DNA from: Squalus acanthias
Taxonomy: Eukaryota
Reading direction: 5' to 3'
Assembly: GCA_030390025.1 (NCBI GenBank)
Contig: CM059431.1
Location: forward strand, 118,050,001 to 118,114,000
Length of the DNA: 64,000 nucleotides
Positions within the stretch are counted from its first letter, which is position 1; every line of letters starts with the position of its first letter. A program made the position numbers and the translations under genes. The notes beneath the pieces were generated by a model. It saw only the letters and a program-made list of their open reading frames with translations, was not told where the DNA came from and searched no databases. Shown piece by piece: positions 12,623 to 23,057 of this stretch.

Positions 12623-13172
12623 CCTCCAGCATGATCCCACCACCAAACACATCTTCCCCTCACCTCCCCTTTCAGCATTCCGTAGGGACCGCTCCCTCCG
12701 CGACACCCTAGTCCACTCCTCTACCACCCCCAGCACCCCTTCCCCTTCGCCCGGCACCTTCCCGTGCACGCGCAGGAGATGCAACACATGCCCTTATACC
12801 TCCCCTCTTCCCACTGTCCAGGGCCCCAAACACCCCTTCCAGGTGAAACAGCGATTTACTTGTACTTCCTGCAATTTAGTATACTGTATTCGCTGCTCAC
12901 GATGTGGACTCCTCTACATTGGGGAGACCAAACGCAGATTGGGTGACCGCTTTGCGGAACACCTCCGTTCAGTCCGTAAGGGGGACCCCGAGCTCCCGGT
13001 GGCCTGTCACTTTAATTCACCGCTTCACTCCCACTCTGACCTCACCGTCCTCGGCCTATTACACTGTTCCACGGAAGCTTAGCGTAAGCTCGAGGAACAG
13101 CACCTCATCTTTCGTTTAGGCACGCTACAGCCCTCTGGACTCAATATCGAGTTCAACAATTTTAGATCATAA
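12623..13172 (+). pseudogene. 5'-truncated PLE ORF end (Cys-knuckle plus GIY-YIG) with premature stop
   Basis: Nearly identical to the C-terminus of the 971-aa ORFs, but with CAG>TAG at 13080-13082. Confidence 0.9.
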
Positions 13173-13451
13173 CCTCAGCTCCAATCACATTTATATTTTA
13201 TTTTATCCACCCTTTTATTTGTCCCCCCCCACCTTTTTTTTTCCCTCCTAGAAGCTGGCAGCTGTCCTTCATTCTGCCAGTGGATTTCACACTTCATTCA
13301 GCCTTAATCTGTCACATTAACACCACCTCTAGCCTTGCATATCTCTTAATGTCTCTTAATGTCTCTTCATCTCCCCCTTTGTTCCTTTATCCCCTCCCCC
13401 TTTTCCCAGCTTTACTCTGGCCTTAAATCTATTTGATTTCCGGCTCTTCCC

Positions 13452-13488
13452 AGTTCTGATGAAAGGTCATCGACCTGAAACGTTAACT
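13452..13488 (+). ncRNA. Minimal type-I hammerhead ribozyme (array copy 1)
   Basis: AGTT-CTGATGA-A-AGGTC(ATC)GACCT-GAAAC-GTT-AACT: stem I AGTT/AACT, stem II AGGTC/GACCT, palindromic AACGTT helix III; predicted cleavage after 13484. Confidence 0.85.
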
Positions 13489-16374
13489 CTCTTTCTCTCT
13501 CCACGGATGCTGCCTGGCCTGCTGAGTTTTTCCAGCGTTTTCTGTTGTTATATCGTATTTCCAGCATCCGCAGTATTTTGCTATCGTATTAGTGTTTGGT
13601 TCACTGCCACCTTTCTTCTTGGAATGCCTACCTTGAAGAAGTTCTGCTCTTCTCTTCGACGGGATTTCCGTTTGGCTCTTCAACCTTGTTCATCTTCATT
13701 GATTTCAGTTTCCCTTCTCGTGTTTGATCAGGTATCTGCCAAGACTCGGTTTCACAGCCACATTACTTTCCTCAGCAACTGTCTCCGGTTCCGACTTATC
13801 CCACGTGGATTCCAACTAAACTTCCACCCTTCGTGTTTCGGATCCACCCAGGATTACAAATATCTCCAAGATATTCATCGTTCCTCGAACTACTGCTCTC
13901 GCCGCATCTTGAGATCCACGCTCAACGCCATGCGGCGCCACATGAACACTCTCGACATCTCTCTTCAGCAGCACCGACGCACTCTATCTCAAAGCTGTCC
14001 GGGTCCACAGTTCCATTTCATCCTTAGACTCATCCGACGCTTCAACAAAAAACTTTTCTTCTTCCTTTCCGATGTCAAGGATCGCAAGCTTCAACAACTC
14101 TTGGACACTAAAGCCCCTCCGGAACCTTCTTCCCCTTCACTTTCCTCTGACCCCCCTTCTCCCAATCTCACCCCCTGCCGCGTTTTCACTATCCCCTCTG
14201 ACCTTCCCCTCTCTGACTCCGAACGATCAGTCCTCAGCAAAGGCCTGAGCTTCATCCCCTTACGCCCCCATCTCAATGAATTTCGAGCTCGGCACGATGC
14301 TGAGCTCTTTTTCCGCCGCCTCCGTCTCCGTGCCCACTTCTCTGGCCAGGAGTCTTCCCCCCGCACGGCTGACCCTTTCTCCCGCTTTCAGAATTCTCGT
14401 TCCACCTGGACCCCTCCCTCTGGCCTCTTACCCTCTCTTGATCTTTTCATTGCTAACTGCCGCCGTGACATCGGCCAGCTCAATTTCTCTGCTCCCCTCA
14501 CTCACTCCAACCTACCTCCCTCTGAACTTGCAGCACTCCATTCTCTCCGATCCAACCCTGACATTGTCATTAAACCTGCTGACAAGGGTGGCGCTGTTGT
14601 TGTTTGGCGAACCGACCTCTACCTAGCGGAAGTTGAACGCCAACTCTCTGACACCTCCTCCTACCTCCACCTGGACCATGACCCCACTACCGAACATCAA
14701 GCCACCGTGTCCAAGACTGTCACTGACCTCATCTCCTCTGGAGATCTTCCCCCCACGGCCGCCAACCTCATAGTTCCCCAACCCCGCACAGCCCGCTTCT
14801 ACCTCCTTCCCAAGATCCACAAACAGGACTGCCCTGGTAGACCCATCGTTTCAGCCTGTTCTTGCCCCACGGAACTTATCTCTTCCTATCTCGACTCTAT
14901 TTTTTCTCCCCTTGTCCAGTCTCTTCCCACCTACATCCGCGACTCTTCCGATGCCCTCCGCCATTTTAACAGTTTCCAGTTTCCCGGCCCCAACCGTCTC
15001 CTCTTCACTATGGACGTACAATCCCTCTACACCTCCATTCCCCACCAGGATGGCCTGAGGGCGCTCCGCTTCTTCCTTGAACAGTGGCCCAACCAGTCCC
15101 CATCCACCACCACCCTCCTCCGCCTGGCTGAACTTGTTCTCACATTGAACAACTTCTCCTTTGACTCTACCCATTTCCTCCAAATTAAAGGTGTTGCTAT
15201 GGGTACCCGCATGGGTCCTAGCTATGCCTGCCTTTTCGTGGGATATGTGGAACACTCTTTGTTCCAGTCCTACTCGGGTCCCCTCCCTCACCTCTTTTTC
15301 CGGTACATTGATGACTGTATCGGTGCCGTCTCCTGCTCTCGCCCTGAACTAGAACATTTCATTCACTATGCTTCCAATTTCCACCCTTCCCTCACCTTCA
15401 CATGGTCCATCTCCGACTCTTCCCTTCCCTTCCTCGACTTCTCCATCTCCATCTCTGGGGATAGGTTATTGACTAACATTCACTACAAGCCCACCGACTC
15501 CCACAGCTACCTGGACTACACTTCCTCCCACCCCGCCTCCTGTAAGGACTCTATTCCATTCTCCCAGTTTCTCCGTCTCCGCCGCATCTGCTCTGATGAT
15601 GCCACCTTCCATACCAGTGCTTCCGACATGTCTTCCTTTTTCCTCAACCGAGGATTCCCCTCTACCGTGGTCGACACGGCCCTCGACCGTGTCCGTTCTA
15701 TCTCCCGCACATCTGCCCTCACCCCTGCCCCTCCCTCCCGGAACCACGATAGGGTTCCCCTTGTCCTCACCTTTCACCCCACCAGCCTCCACATTCAACG
15801 GATCATCCTCCGCCATTTCCGCCACCTCCAGCGTGATCCCACCACCAAACACATCTTCCCCTCACCTCCCCTTTCAGCATTCCGTAGGGACCGCTCCCTC
15901 CGCGACACCCTAGTCCACTCCTCTACCACCCCCAGCACCCCTTCCCCTTCGCCCGGCACCTTCCCGTGCACGCGCAGGAGATGCAACACATGCCCTTATA
16001 CCTCCCCTCTTCCCACTGTCCAGGGCCCCAAACACCCCTTCCAGGTGAAACAGCGATTTACTTGTACTTCCTGCAATTTAGTATACTGTATTCGCTGCTC
16101 ACGATGTGGACTCCTCTACATTGGGGAGACCAAACGCAGATTGGGTGACCGCTTTGCGGAACACCTCCGTTCAGTCCGTAAGGGGGACCCCGAGCTCCCG
16201 GTGGCCTGTCACTTTAATTCACCGCTTCACTCCCACTCTGACCTCACCGTCCTCGGCCTATTACACTGTTCCACGGAAGCTCAGCGTAAGCTCGAGGAAC
16301 AGCACCTCATCTTTCGTTTAGGCACGCTACAGCCCTCTGGACTCAATATCGAGTTCAACAATTTTAGATCATAA
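13459..16374 (+). CDS. Penelope-like element polyprotein: reverse transcriptase, CxxxxCxxC knuckle and GIY-YIG endonuclease (true start probably downstream, e.g. 13624)
   Basis: Intact 971-aa ORF with KPADKG, FYLLPKIHK, GRPI, MDVQSLYTSI, GVAMG, RYIDD, LPFLD, CTRRRCNTC, VYCIRCSRCGLLYIGET and GLN motifs. Confidence 0.95.
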   Translation: MKGHRPETLTLFLSPRMLPGLLSFSSVFCCYIVFPASAVFCYRISVWFTATFLLGMPTLKKFCSSLRRDFRLALQPCSSSLISVSLLVFDQVSAKTRFHSHITFLSNCLRFRLIPRGFQLNFHPSCFGSTQDYKYLQDIHRSSNYCSRRILRSTLNAMRRHMNTLDISLQQHRRTLSQSCPGPQFHFILRLIRRFNKKLFFFLSDVKDRKLQQLLDTKAPPEPSSPSLSSDPPSPNLTPCRVFTIPSDLPLSDSERSVLSKGLSFIPLRPHLNEFRARHDAELFFRRLRLRAHFSGQESSPRTADPFSRFQNSRSTWTPPSGLLPSLDLFIANCRRDIGQLNFSAPLTHSNLPPSELAALHSLRSNPDIVIKPADKGGAVVVWRTDLYLAEVERQLSDTSSYLHLDHDPTTEHQATVSKTVTDLISSGDLPPTAANLIVPQPRTARFYLLPKIHKQDCPGRPIVSACSCPTELISSYLDSIFSPLVQSLPTYIRDSSDALRHFNSFQFPGPNRLLFTMDVQSLYTSIPHQDGLRALRFFLEQWPNQSPSTTTLLRLAELVLTLNNFSFDSTHFLQIKGVAMGTRMGPSYACLFVGYVEHSLFQSYSGPLPHLFFRYIDDCIGAVSCSRPELEHFIHYASNFHPSLTFTWSISDSSLPFLDFSISISGDRLLTNIHYKPTDSHSYLDYTSSHPASCKDSIPFSQFLRLRRICSDDATFHTSASDMSSFFLNRGFPSTVVDTALDRVRSISRTSALTPAPPSRNHDRVPLVLTFHPTSLHIQRIILRHFRHLQRDPTTKHIFPSPPLSAFRRDRSLRDTLVHSSTTPSTPSPSPGTFPCTRRRCNTCPYTSPLPTVQGPKHPFQVKQRFTCTSCNLVYCIRCSRCGLLYIGETKRRLGDRFAEHLRSVRKGDPELPVACHFNSPLHSHSDLTVLGLLHCSTEAQRKLEEQHLIFRLGTLQPSGLNIEFNNFRS

Positions 16375-16653
16375 CCTCAGCTCCAATCACATTTATATTT
16401 TATTTTATCCACCCTTTTATTTGTCCCCCCCCACCTTTTTTTTTCCCTCCTAGAAGCTGGCAGCTGTCCTTCATTCTGCCAGTGGATTTCACACTTCATT
16501 CAGCCTTAATCTGTCACATTAACACCACCTCTAGCCTTGCATATCTCTTAATGTCTCTTAATGTCTCTTCATCTCCCCCTTTGTTCCTTTATCCCCTCCC
16601 CCTTTTCCCAGCTTTACCCTGGCCTTAAATCTATTTGATTTCCGGCTCTTCCC

Positions 16654-16690
16654 AGTTCTGATGAAAGGTCATCGACCTGAAACGTTAACT
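16654..16690 (+). ncRNA. Minimal type-I hammerhead ribozyme (array copy 2)
   Basis: Identical to 13452-13488. Confidence 0.85.
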
Positions 16691-19576
16691 CTCTTTCTCT
16701 CTCCACGGATGCTGCCTGGCCTGCTGAGTTTTTCCAGCGTTTTCTGTTGTTATATCGTATTTCCAGCATCCGCAGTATTTTGCTATCGTATTAGTGTTTG
16801 GTTCACTGCCACCTTTCTTCTTGGAATGCCTACCTTGAAGAAGTTCTGCTCTTCTCTTCGACGGGATTTCCGTTTGGCTCTTCAACCTTGTTCATCTTCA
16901 TTGATTTCAGTTTCCCTTCTCGTGTTTGATCAGGTATCTGCCAAGACTCGGTTTCACAGCCACATTACTTTCCTCAGCAACTGTCTCCGGTTCCGACTTA
17001 TCCCACGTGGATTCCAACAAAACTTCCACCCTTCGTGTTTCGGATCCACCCAGGATTACAAATATCTCCAAGATATTCATCGTTCCTCGAACTACTGCTC
17101 TCGCCGCATCTTGAGATCCACGCTCAACGCCATGCGGCGCCACATGAACACTCTCGACATCTCTCTTCAGCAGCACCGACGCACTCTATCTCAAAGCTGT
17201 CCGGGTCCACAGTTCCATTTCATCCTTAGACTCATCCGACGCTTCAACAAAAAACTTTTCTTCTTCCTTTCCGATGTCAAGGATCGCAAGCTTCAACAAC
17301 TCTTGGACACTAAAGCCCCTCCGGAACCTTCTTCCCCTTCACTTTCCTCTGACCCCCCTTCTCCCAATCTCACCCCCTGCCGCGTTTTCACTATCCCCTC
17401 TGACCTTCCCCTCTCTGACTCCGAACGATCAGTCCTCAGCAAAGGCCTGAGCTTCATCCCCTTACGCCCCCATCTCAATGAATTTCGAGCTCGGCACGAT
17501 GCTGAGCTCTTTTTCCGCCGCCTCCGTCTCCGTGCCCACTTCTCTGGCCAGGAGTCTTCCCCCCGCACGGCTGACCCTTTCTCCCGCTTTCAGAATTCTC
17601 GTTCCACCTGGACCCCTCCCCCTGGCCTCTTACCCTCTCTTGATCTTTTCATTGCTAACTGCCGCCGTGACATCGGCCAGCTCAATTTCTCTGCTCCCCT
17701 CACTCACTCCAACCTACCTCCCTCTGAACTTGCAGCACTCCATTCTCTCCGATCCAACCCTGACATTGTCATTAAACCTGCTGACAAGGGTGGCGCTGTT
17801 GTTGTTTGGCGAACCGACCTCTACCTAGCGGAAGTTGAACGCCAACTCTCTGACACCTCCTCCTACCTCCACCTGGACCATGACCCCACTACCGAACATC
17901 AAGCCACCGTGTCCAAGACTGTCACTGACCTCATCTCCTCTGGAGATCTTCCCCCCACGGCCGCCAACCTCATAGTTCCCCAACCCCGCACAGCCCGCTT
18001 CTACCTCCTTCCCAAGATCCACAAACAGGACTGCCCCGGTAGACCCATCGTTTCAGCCTGTTCTTGCCCCACGGAACTTATCTCTTCCTATCTCGACTCT
18101 ATTTTTTCTCCCCTTGTCCAGTCTCTTCCCACCTACATCCGCGACTCTTCCGATGCCCTCCGCCATTTTAACAGTTTCCAGTTTCCCGGCCCCAACCGTC
18201 TCCTCTTCACTATGGACGTACAATCCCTCTACACCTCCATTCCCCACCAGGATGGCCTGAGGGCGCTCCGCTTCTTCCTTGAACAGAGGCCCAACCAGTC
18301 CCCATCCACCACCACCCTCCTCCGCCTGGCTGAACTTGTTCTCACATTGAACAACTTCTCCTTTGACTCTACCCATTTCCTCCAAATTAAAGGTGTTGCT
18401 ATGGGTACCCGCATGGGTCCTAGCTATGCCTGCCTTTTCGTGGGATATGTGGAACACTCTTTGTTCCAGTCCTACTCGGGTCCCCTCCCTCACCTCTTTT
18501 TCCGGTACATTGATGACTGTATCGGTGCCGTCTCCTGCTCTCGCCCTGAACTAGAACATTTCATTCACTATGCTTCCAATTTCCACCCTTCCCTCACCTT
18601 CACATGGTCCATCTCCGACTCTTCCCTTCCCTTCCTCGACTTCTCCATCTCCATCTCTGGGGATAGGTTATTGACTAACATTCACTACAAGCCCACCGAC
18701 TCCCACAGCTACCTGGACTACACTTCCTCCCACCCCGCCTCCTGTAAGGACTCTATTCCATTCTCCCAGTTTCTCCGTCTCCGCCGCATCTGCTCTGATG
18801 ATGCCACCTTCCATACCAGTGCTTCCGACATGTCTTCCTTTTTCCTCAACCGAGGATTCCCCTCTACCGTGGTCGACACGGCCCTCGACCGTGTCCGTTC
18901 TATCTCCCGCACATCTGCCCTCACCCCTGCCCCTCCCTCCCGGAACCACGATAGGGTTCCCCTTGTCCTCACCTTTCACCCCACCAGCCTCCACATTCAA
19001 CGGATCATCCTCCGCCATTTCCGCCACCTCCAGCGTGATCCCACCACCAAACACATCTTCCCCTCACCTCCCCTTTCAGCATTCCGTAGGGACCGCTCCC
19101 TCCGCGACACCCTAGTCCACTCCTCTACCACCCCCAGCACCCCTTCCCCTTCGCCCGGCACCTTCCCGTGCACGCGCAGGAGATGCAACACATGCCCTTA
19201 TACCTCCCCTCTTCCCACTGTCCAGGGCCCCAAACACCCCTTCCAGGTGAAACAGCGATTTACTTGTACTTCCTGCAATTTAGTATACTGTATTCGCTGC
19301 TCACGATGTGGACTCCTCTACATTGGGGAGACCAAACGCAGATTGGGTGACCGCTTTGCGGAACACCTCCGTTCAGTCCGTAAGGGGGACCCCGAGCTCC
19401 CGGTGGCCTGTCACTTTAATTCACCGCTTCACTCCCACTCTGACCTCACCGTCCTCGGCCTATTACACTGTTCCACGGAAGCTCAGCGTAAGCTCGAGGA
19501 ACAGCACCTCATCTTTCGTTTAGGCACGCTACAGCCCTCTGGACTCAATATCGAGTTCAACAATTTTAGATCATAA
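16661..19576 (+). CDS. Penelope-like RT/GIY-YIG polyprotein (unit 2)
   Basis: Intact 971-aa ORF; 3 amino-acid differences from unit 1 seen (L>Q, S>P, W>R). Confidence 0.95.
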   Translation: MKGHRPETLTLFLSPRMLPGLLSFSSVFCCYIVFPASAVFCYRISVWFTATFLLGMPTLKKFCSSLRRDFRLALQPCSSSLISVSLLVFDQVSAKTRFHSHITFLSNCLRFRLIPRGFQQNFHPSCFGSTQDYKYLQDIHRSSNYCSRRILRSTLNAMRRHMNTLDISLQQHRRTLSQSCPGPQFHFILRLIRRFNKKLFFFLSDVKDRKLQQLLDTKAPPEPSSPSLSSDPPSPNLTPCRVFTIPSDLPLSDSERSVLSKGLSFIPLRPHLNEFRARHDAELFFRRLRLRAHFSGQESSPRTADPFSRFQNSRSTWTPPPGLLPSLDLFIANCRRDIGQLNFSAPLTHSNLPPSELAALHSLRSNPDIVIKPADKGGAVVVWRTDLYLAEVERQLSDTSSYLHLDHDPTTEHQATVSKTVTDLISSGDLPPTAANLIVPQPRTARFYLLPKIHKQDCPGRPIVSACSCPTELISSYLDSIFSPLVQSLPTYIRDSSDALRHFNSFQFPGPNRLLFTMDVQSLYTSIPHQDGLRALRFFLEQRPNQSPSTTTLLRLAELVLTLNNFSFDSTHFLQIKGVAMGTRMGPSYACLFVGYVEHSLFQSYSGPLPHLFFRYIDDCIGAVSCSRPELEHFIHYASNFHPSLTFTWSISDSSLPFLDFSISISGDRLLTNIHYKPTDSHSYLDYTSSHPASCKDSIPFSQFLRLRRICSDDATFHTSASDMSSFFLNRGFPSTVVDTALDRVRSISRTSALTPAPPSRNHDRVPLVLTFHPTSLHIQRIILRHFRHLQRDPTTKHIFPSPPLSAFRRDRSLRDTLVHSSTTPSTPSPSPGTFPCTRRRCNTCPYTSPLPTVQGPKHPFQVKQRFTCTSCNLVYCIRCSRCGLLYIGETKRRLGDRFAEHLRSVRKGDPELPVACHFNSPLHSHSDLTVLGLLHCSTEAQRKLEEQHLIFRLGTLQPSGLNIEFNNFRS

Positions 19577-19855
19577 CCTCAGCTCCAATCACATTTATAT
19601 TTTATTTTATCCACCCTTTTATTTGTCCCCCCCCACCTTTTTTTTTCCCTCCTAGAAGCTGGCAGCTGTCCTTCATTCTGCCAGTGGATTTCACACTTCA
19701 TTCAGCCTTAATCTGTCACATTAACACCACCTCTAGCCTTGCATATCTCTTAATGTCTCTTAATGTCTCTTCATCTCCCCCTTTGTTCCTTTATCCCCTC
19801 CCCCTTTTCCCAGCTTTACCCTGGCCTTAAATCTATTTGATTTCCGGCTCTTCCC

Positions 19856-19892
19856 AGTTCTGATGAAAGGTCATCGACCTGAAACGTTAACT
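19856..19892 (+). ncRNA. Minimal type-I hammerhead ribozyme (array copy 3)
   Basis: Identical to 13452-13488. Confidence 0.85.
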
Positions 19893-22778
19893 CTCTTTCT
19901 CTCTCCACGGATGCTGCCTGGCCTGCTGAGTTTTTCCAGCGTTTTCTGTTGTTATATCGTATTTCCAGCATCCGCAGTATTTTGCTATCGTATTAGTGTT
20001 TGGTTCACTGCCACCTTTCTTCTTGGAATGCCTACCTTGAAGAAGTTCTGCTCTTCTCTTCGACGGGATTTCCGTTTGGCTCTTCAACCTTGTTCATCTT
20101 CATTGATTTCAGTTTCCCTTCTCGTGTTTGATCAGGTATCTGCCAAGACTCGGTTTCACAGCCACATTACTTTCCTCAGCAACTGTCTCCGGTTCCGACT
20201 TATCCCACGTGGATTCCAACAAAACTTCCACCCTTCGTGTTTCGGATCCACCCAGGATTACAAATATCTCCAAGATATTCATCGTTCCTCGAACTACTGC
20301 TCTCGCCGCATCTTGAGATCCACGCTCAACGCCATGCGGCGCCACATGAACACTCTCGACATCTCTCTTCAGCAGCACCGACGCACTCTATCTCAAAGCT
20401 GTCCGGGTCCACAGTTCCATTTCATCCTTAGACTCATCCGACGCTTCAACAAAAAACTTTTCTTCTTCCTTTCCGATGTCAAGGATCGCAAGCTTCAACA
20501 ACTCTTGGACACTAAAGCCCCTCCGGAACCTTCTTCCCCTTCACTTTCCTCTGACCCCCCTTCTCCCAATCTCACCCCCTGCCGCGTTTTCACTATCCCC
20601 TCTGACCTTCCCCTCTCTGACTCCGAACGATCAGTCCTCAGCAAAGGCCTGAGCTTCATCCCCTTACGCCCCCATCTCAATGAATTTCGAGCTCGGCACG
20701 ATGCTGAGCTCTTTTTCCGCCGCCTCCGTCTCCGTGCCCACTTCTCTGGCCAGGAGTCTTCCCCCCGCACGGCTGACCCTTTCTCCCGCTTTCAGAATTC
20801 TCGTTCCACCTGGACCCCTCCCCCTGGCCTCTTACCCTCTCTTGATCTTTTCATTGCTAACTGCCGCCGTGACATCGGCCAGCTCAATTTCTCTGCTCCC
20901 CTCACTCACTCCAACCTACCTCCCTCTGAACTTGCAGCACTCCATTCTCTCCGATCCAACCCTGACATTGTCATTAAACCTGCTGACAAGGGTGGCGCTG
21001 TTGTTGTTTGGCGAACCGACCTCTACCTAGCGGAAGTTGAACGCCAACTCTCTGACACCTCCTCCTACCTCCACCTGGACCATGACCCCACTACCGAACA
21101 TCAAGCCACCGTGTCCAAGACTGTCACTGACCTCATCTCCTCTGGAGATCTTCCCCCCACGGCCGCCAACCTCATAGTTCCCCAACCCCGCACAGCCCGC
21201 TTCTACCTCCTTCCCAAGATCCACAAACAGGACTGCCCTGGTAGACCCATCGTTTCAGCCTGTTCTTGCCCCACGGAACTTATCTCTTCCTATCTCGACT
21301 CTATTTTTTCTCCCCTTGTCCAGTCTCTTCCCACCTACATCCGCGACTCTTCCGATGCCCTCCGCCATTTTAACAGTTTCCAGTTTCCCGGCCCCAACCG
21401 TCTCCTCTTCACTATGGACGTACAATCCCTCTACACCTCCATTCCCCACCAGGATGGCCTGAGGGCGCTCCGCTTCTTCCTTGAACAGTGGCCCAACCAG
21501 TCCCCATCCACCACCACCCTCCTCCGCCTGGCTGAACTTGTTCTCACATTGAACAACTTCTCCTTTGACTCTACCCATTTCCTCCAAATTAAAGGTGTTG
21601 CTATGGGTACCCGCGTGGGTCCTAGCTATGTCTGCCTTTTCGTGGGATATGTGGAACACTCTTTGTTCCAGTCCTACTCGGGTCCCCTCCCTCACCTCTT
21701 TTTCCGGTACATTGATGACTGTATCGGTGCCGTCTCCTGCTCTCGCCCTGAACTAGAACATTTCATTCACTATGCTTCCAATTTCCACCCTTCCCATACC
21801 TTCACATGGTCCATCTCCGACTCTTCCCTTCCCTTCCTCGACTTCTCCATCTCCATCTCTGGGGATAGGTTATTGACTAACATTCACTACAAGCCCACCG
21901 ACTCCCACAGCTACCTGGACTACACTTCCTCCCACCCCGCCTCCTGTAAGGACTCTATTCCATTCTCCCAGTTTCTCCGTCTCCGCCGCATCTGCTCTGA
22001 TGATGCCACCTTCCATACCAGTGCTTCCGACATGTCTTCCTTTTTCCTCAACCGAGGATTCCCCTCTACCGTGGTCGACACGGCCCTCGACCGTGTCCGT
22101 TCTATCTCCCGCACATCTGCCCTCACCCCTGCCCCTCCCTCCCGGAACCACGATAGGGTTCCCCTTGTCCTCACCTTTCACCCCACCAGCCTCCACATTC
22201 AACGGATCATCCTCCGCCATTTCCGCCACCTCCAGCGTGATCCCACCACCAAACACATCTTCCCCTCACCTCCCCTTTCAGCATTCCGTAGGGACCGCTC
22301 CCTCCGCGACACCCTAGTCCACTCCTCTACCACCCCCAGCACCCCTTCCCCTTCGCCCGGCACCTTCCCGTGCACGCGCAGGAGATGCAACACATGCCCT
22401 TATACCTCCCCTCTTCCCACTGTCCAGGGCCCCAAACACCCCTTCCAGGTGAAACAGCGATTTACTTGTACTTCCTGCAATTTAGTATACTGTATTCGCT
22501 GCTCACGATGTGGACTCCTCTACATTGGGGAGACCAAACGCAGATTGGGTGACCGCTTTGCGGAACACCTCCGTTCAGTCCGTAAGGGGGACCCCGAGCT
22601 CCCGGTGGCCTGTCACTTTAATTCACCGCTTCACTCCCACTCTGACCTCACCGTCCTCGGCCTATTACACTGTTCCACAGAAGCTCAGCGTAAGCTCGAG
22701 GAACAGCACCTCATCTTTCGTTTAGGCACGCTACAGCCCTCTGGACTCAATATCGAGTTCAACAATTTCAGATCATAA
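19863..22778 (+). CDS. Penelope-like RT/GIY-YIG polyprotein (unit 3)
   Basis: Intact 971-aa ORF with private changes TRVGPSYVC and PSHTF. Confidence 0.95.
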   Translation: MKGHRPETLTLFLSPRMLPGLLSFSSVFCCYIVFPASAVFCYRISVWFTATFLLGMPTLKKFCSSLRRDFRLALQPCSSSLISVSLLVFDQVSAKTRFHSHITFLSNCLRFRLIPRGFQQNFHPSCFGSTQDYKYLQDIHRSSNYCSRRILRSTLNAMRRHMNTLDISLQQHRRTLSQSCPGPQFHFILRLIRRFNKKLFFFLSDVKDRKLQQLLDTKAPPEPSSPSLSSDPPSPNLTPCRVFTIPSDLPLSDSERSVLSKGLSFIPLRPHLNEFRARHDAELFFRRLRLRAHFSGQESSPRTADPFSRFQNSRSTWTPPPGLLPSLDLFIANCRRDIGQLNFSAPLTHSNLPPSELAALHSLRSNPDIVIKPADKGGAVVVWRTDLYLAEVERQLSDTSSYLHLDHDPTTEHQATVSKTVTDLISSGDLPPTAANLIVPQPRTARFYLLPKIHKQDCPGRPIVSACSCPTELISSYLDSIFSPLVQSLPTYIRDSSDALRHFNSFQFPGPNRLLFTMDVQSLYTSIPHQDGLRALRFFLEQWPNQSPSTTTLLRLAELVLTLNNFSFDSTHFLQIKGVAMGTRVGPSYVCLFVGYVEHSLFQSYSGPLPHLFFRYIDDCIGAVSCSRPELEHFIHYASNFHPSHTFTWSISDSSLPFLDFSISISGDRLLTNIHYKPTDSHSYLDYTSSHPASCKDSIPFSQFLRLRRICSDDATFHTSASDMSSFFLNRGFPSTVVDTALDRVRSISRTSALTPAPPSRNHDRVPLVLTFHPTSLHIQRIILRHFRHLQRDPTTKHIFPSPPLSAFRRDRSLRDTLVHSSTTPSTPSPSPGTFPCTRRRCNTCPYTSPLPTVQGPKHPFQVKQRFTCTSCNLVYCIRCSRCGLLYIGETKRRLGDRFAEHLRSVRKGDPELPVACHFNSPLHSHSDLTVLGLLHCSTEAQRKLEEQHLIFRLGTLQPSGLNIEFNNFRS

Positions 22779-23057
22779 CCTCAGCTCCAATCACATTTAT
22801 ATTTTATTTTATCCACCCTTTTATTTGTCCCCCCCCACCTTTTTTTTTCCCTCCTAGAAGCTGGCAGCTGTCCTTCATTCTGCCAGTGGATTTCACACTT
22901 CATTCAGCCTTAATCTGTCACATTAACACCACCTCTAGCCTTGCATATCTCTTAATGTCTCTTAATGTCTCTTCAACTCCCCCTTTGTTCCTTTATCCCC
23001 TCCCCCTTTTCCCAGCTTTACCCTGGCCTTAAATCTATTTGATTTCCGGCTCTTCCC

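Noticed and set aside
12372..13082. 236-aa ORF fusing a CR1 APE segment in frame to the PLE Cys-knuckle/GIY-YIG
   Set aside because: Chance in-frame junction at the insertion site; both domains are partial and the GIY-YIG ends in a premature TAG.
13459..16374. Selenoprotein-type (SECIS-containing) PLE
   Set aside because: No in-frame TGA in the ORF, which ends at TAA; no SECIS recognised in the 3' UTR.
13483..22725. Numerous 60-146 aa overlapping and antisense ORFs repeated three times
   Set aside because: Shadow frames of the compositionally skewed PLE ORF; the repetition simply follows the 3202-bp period.
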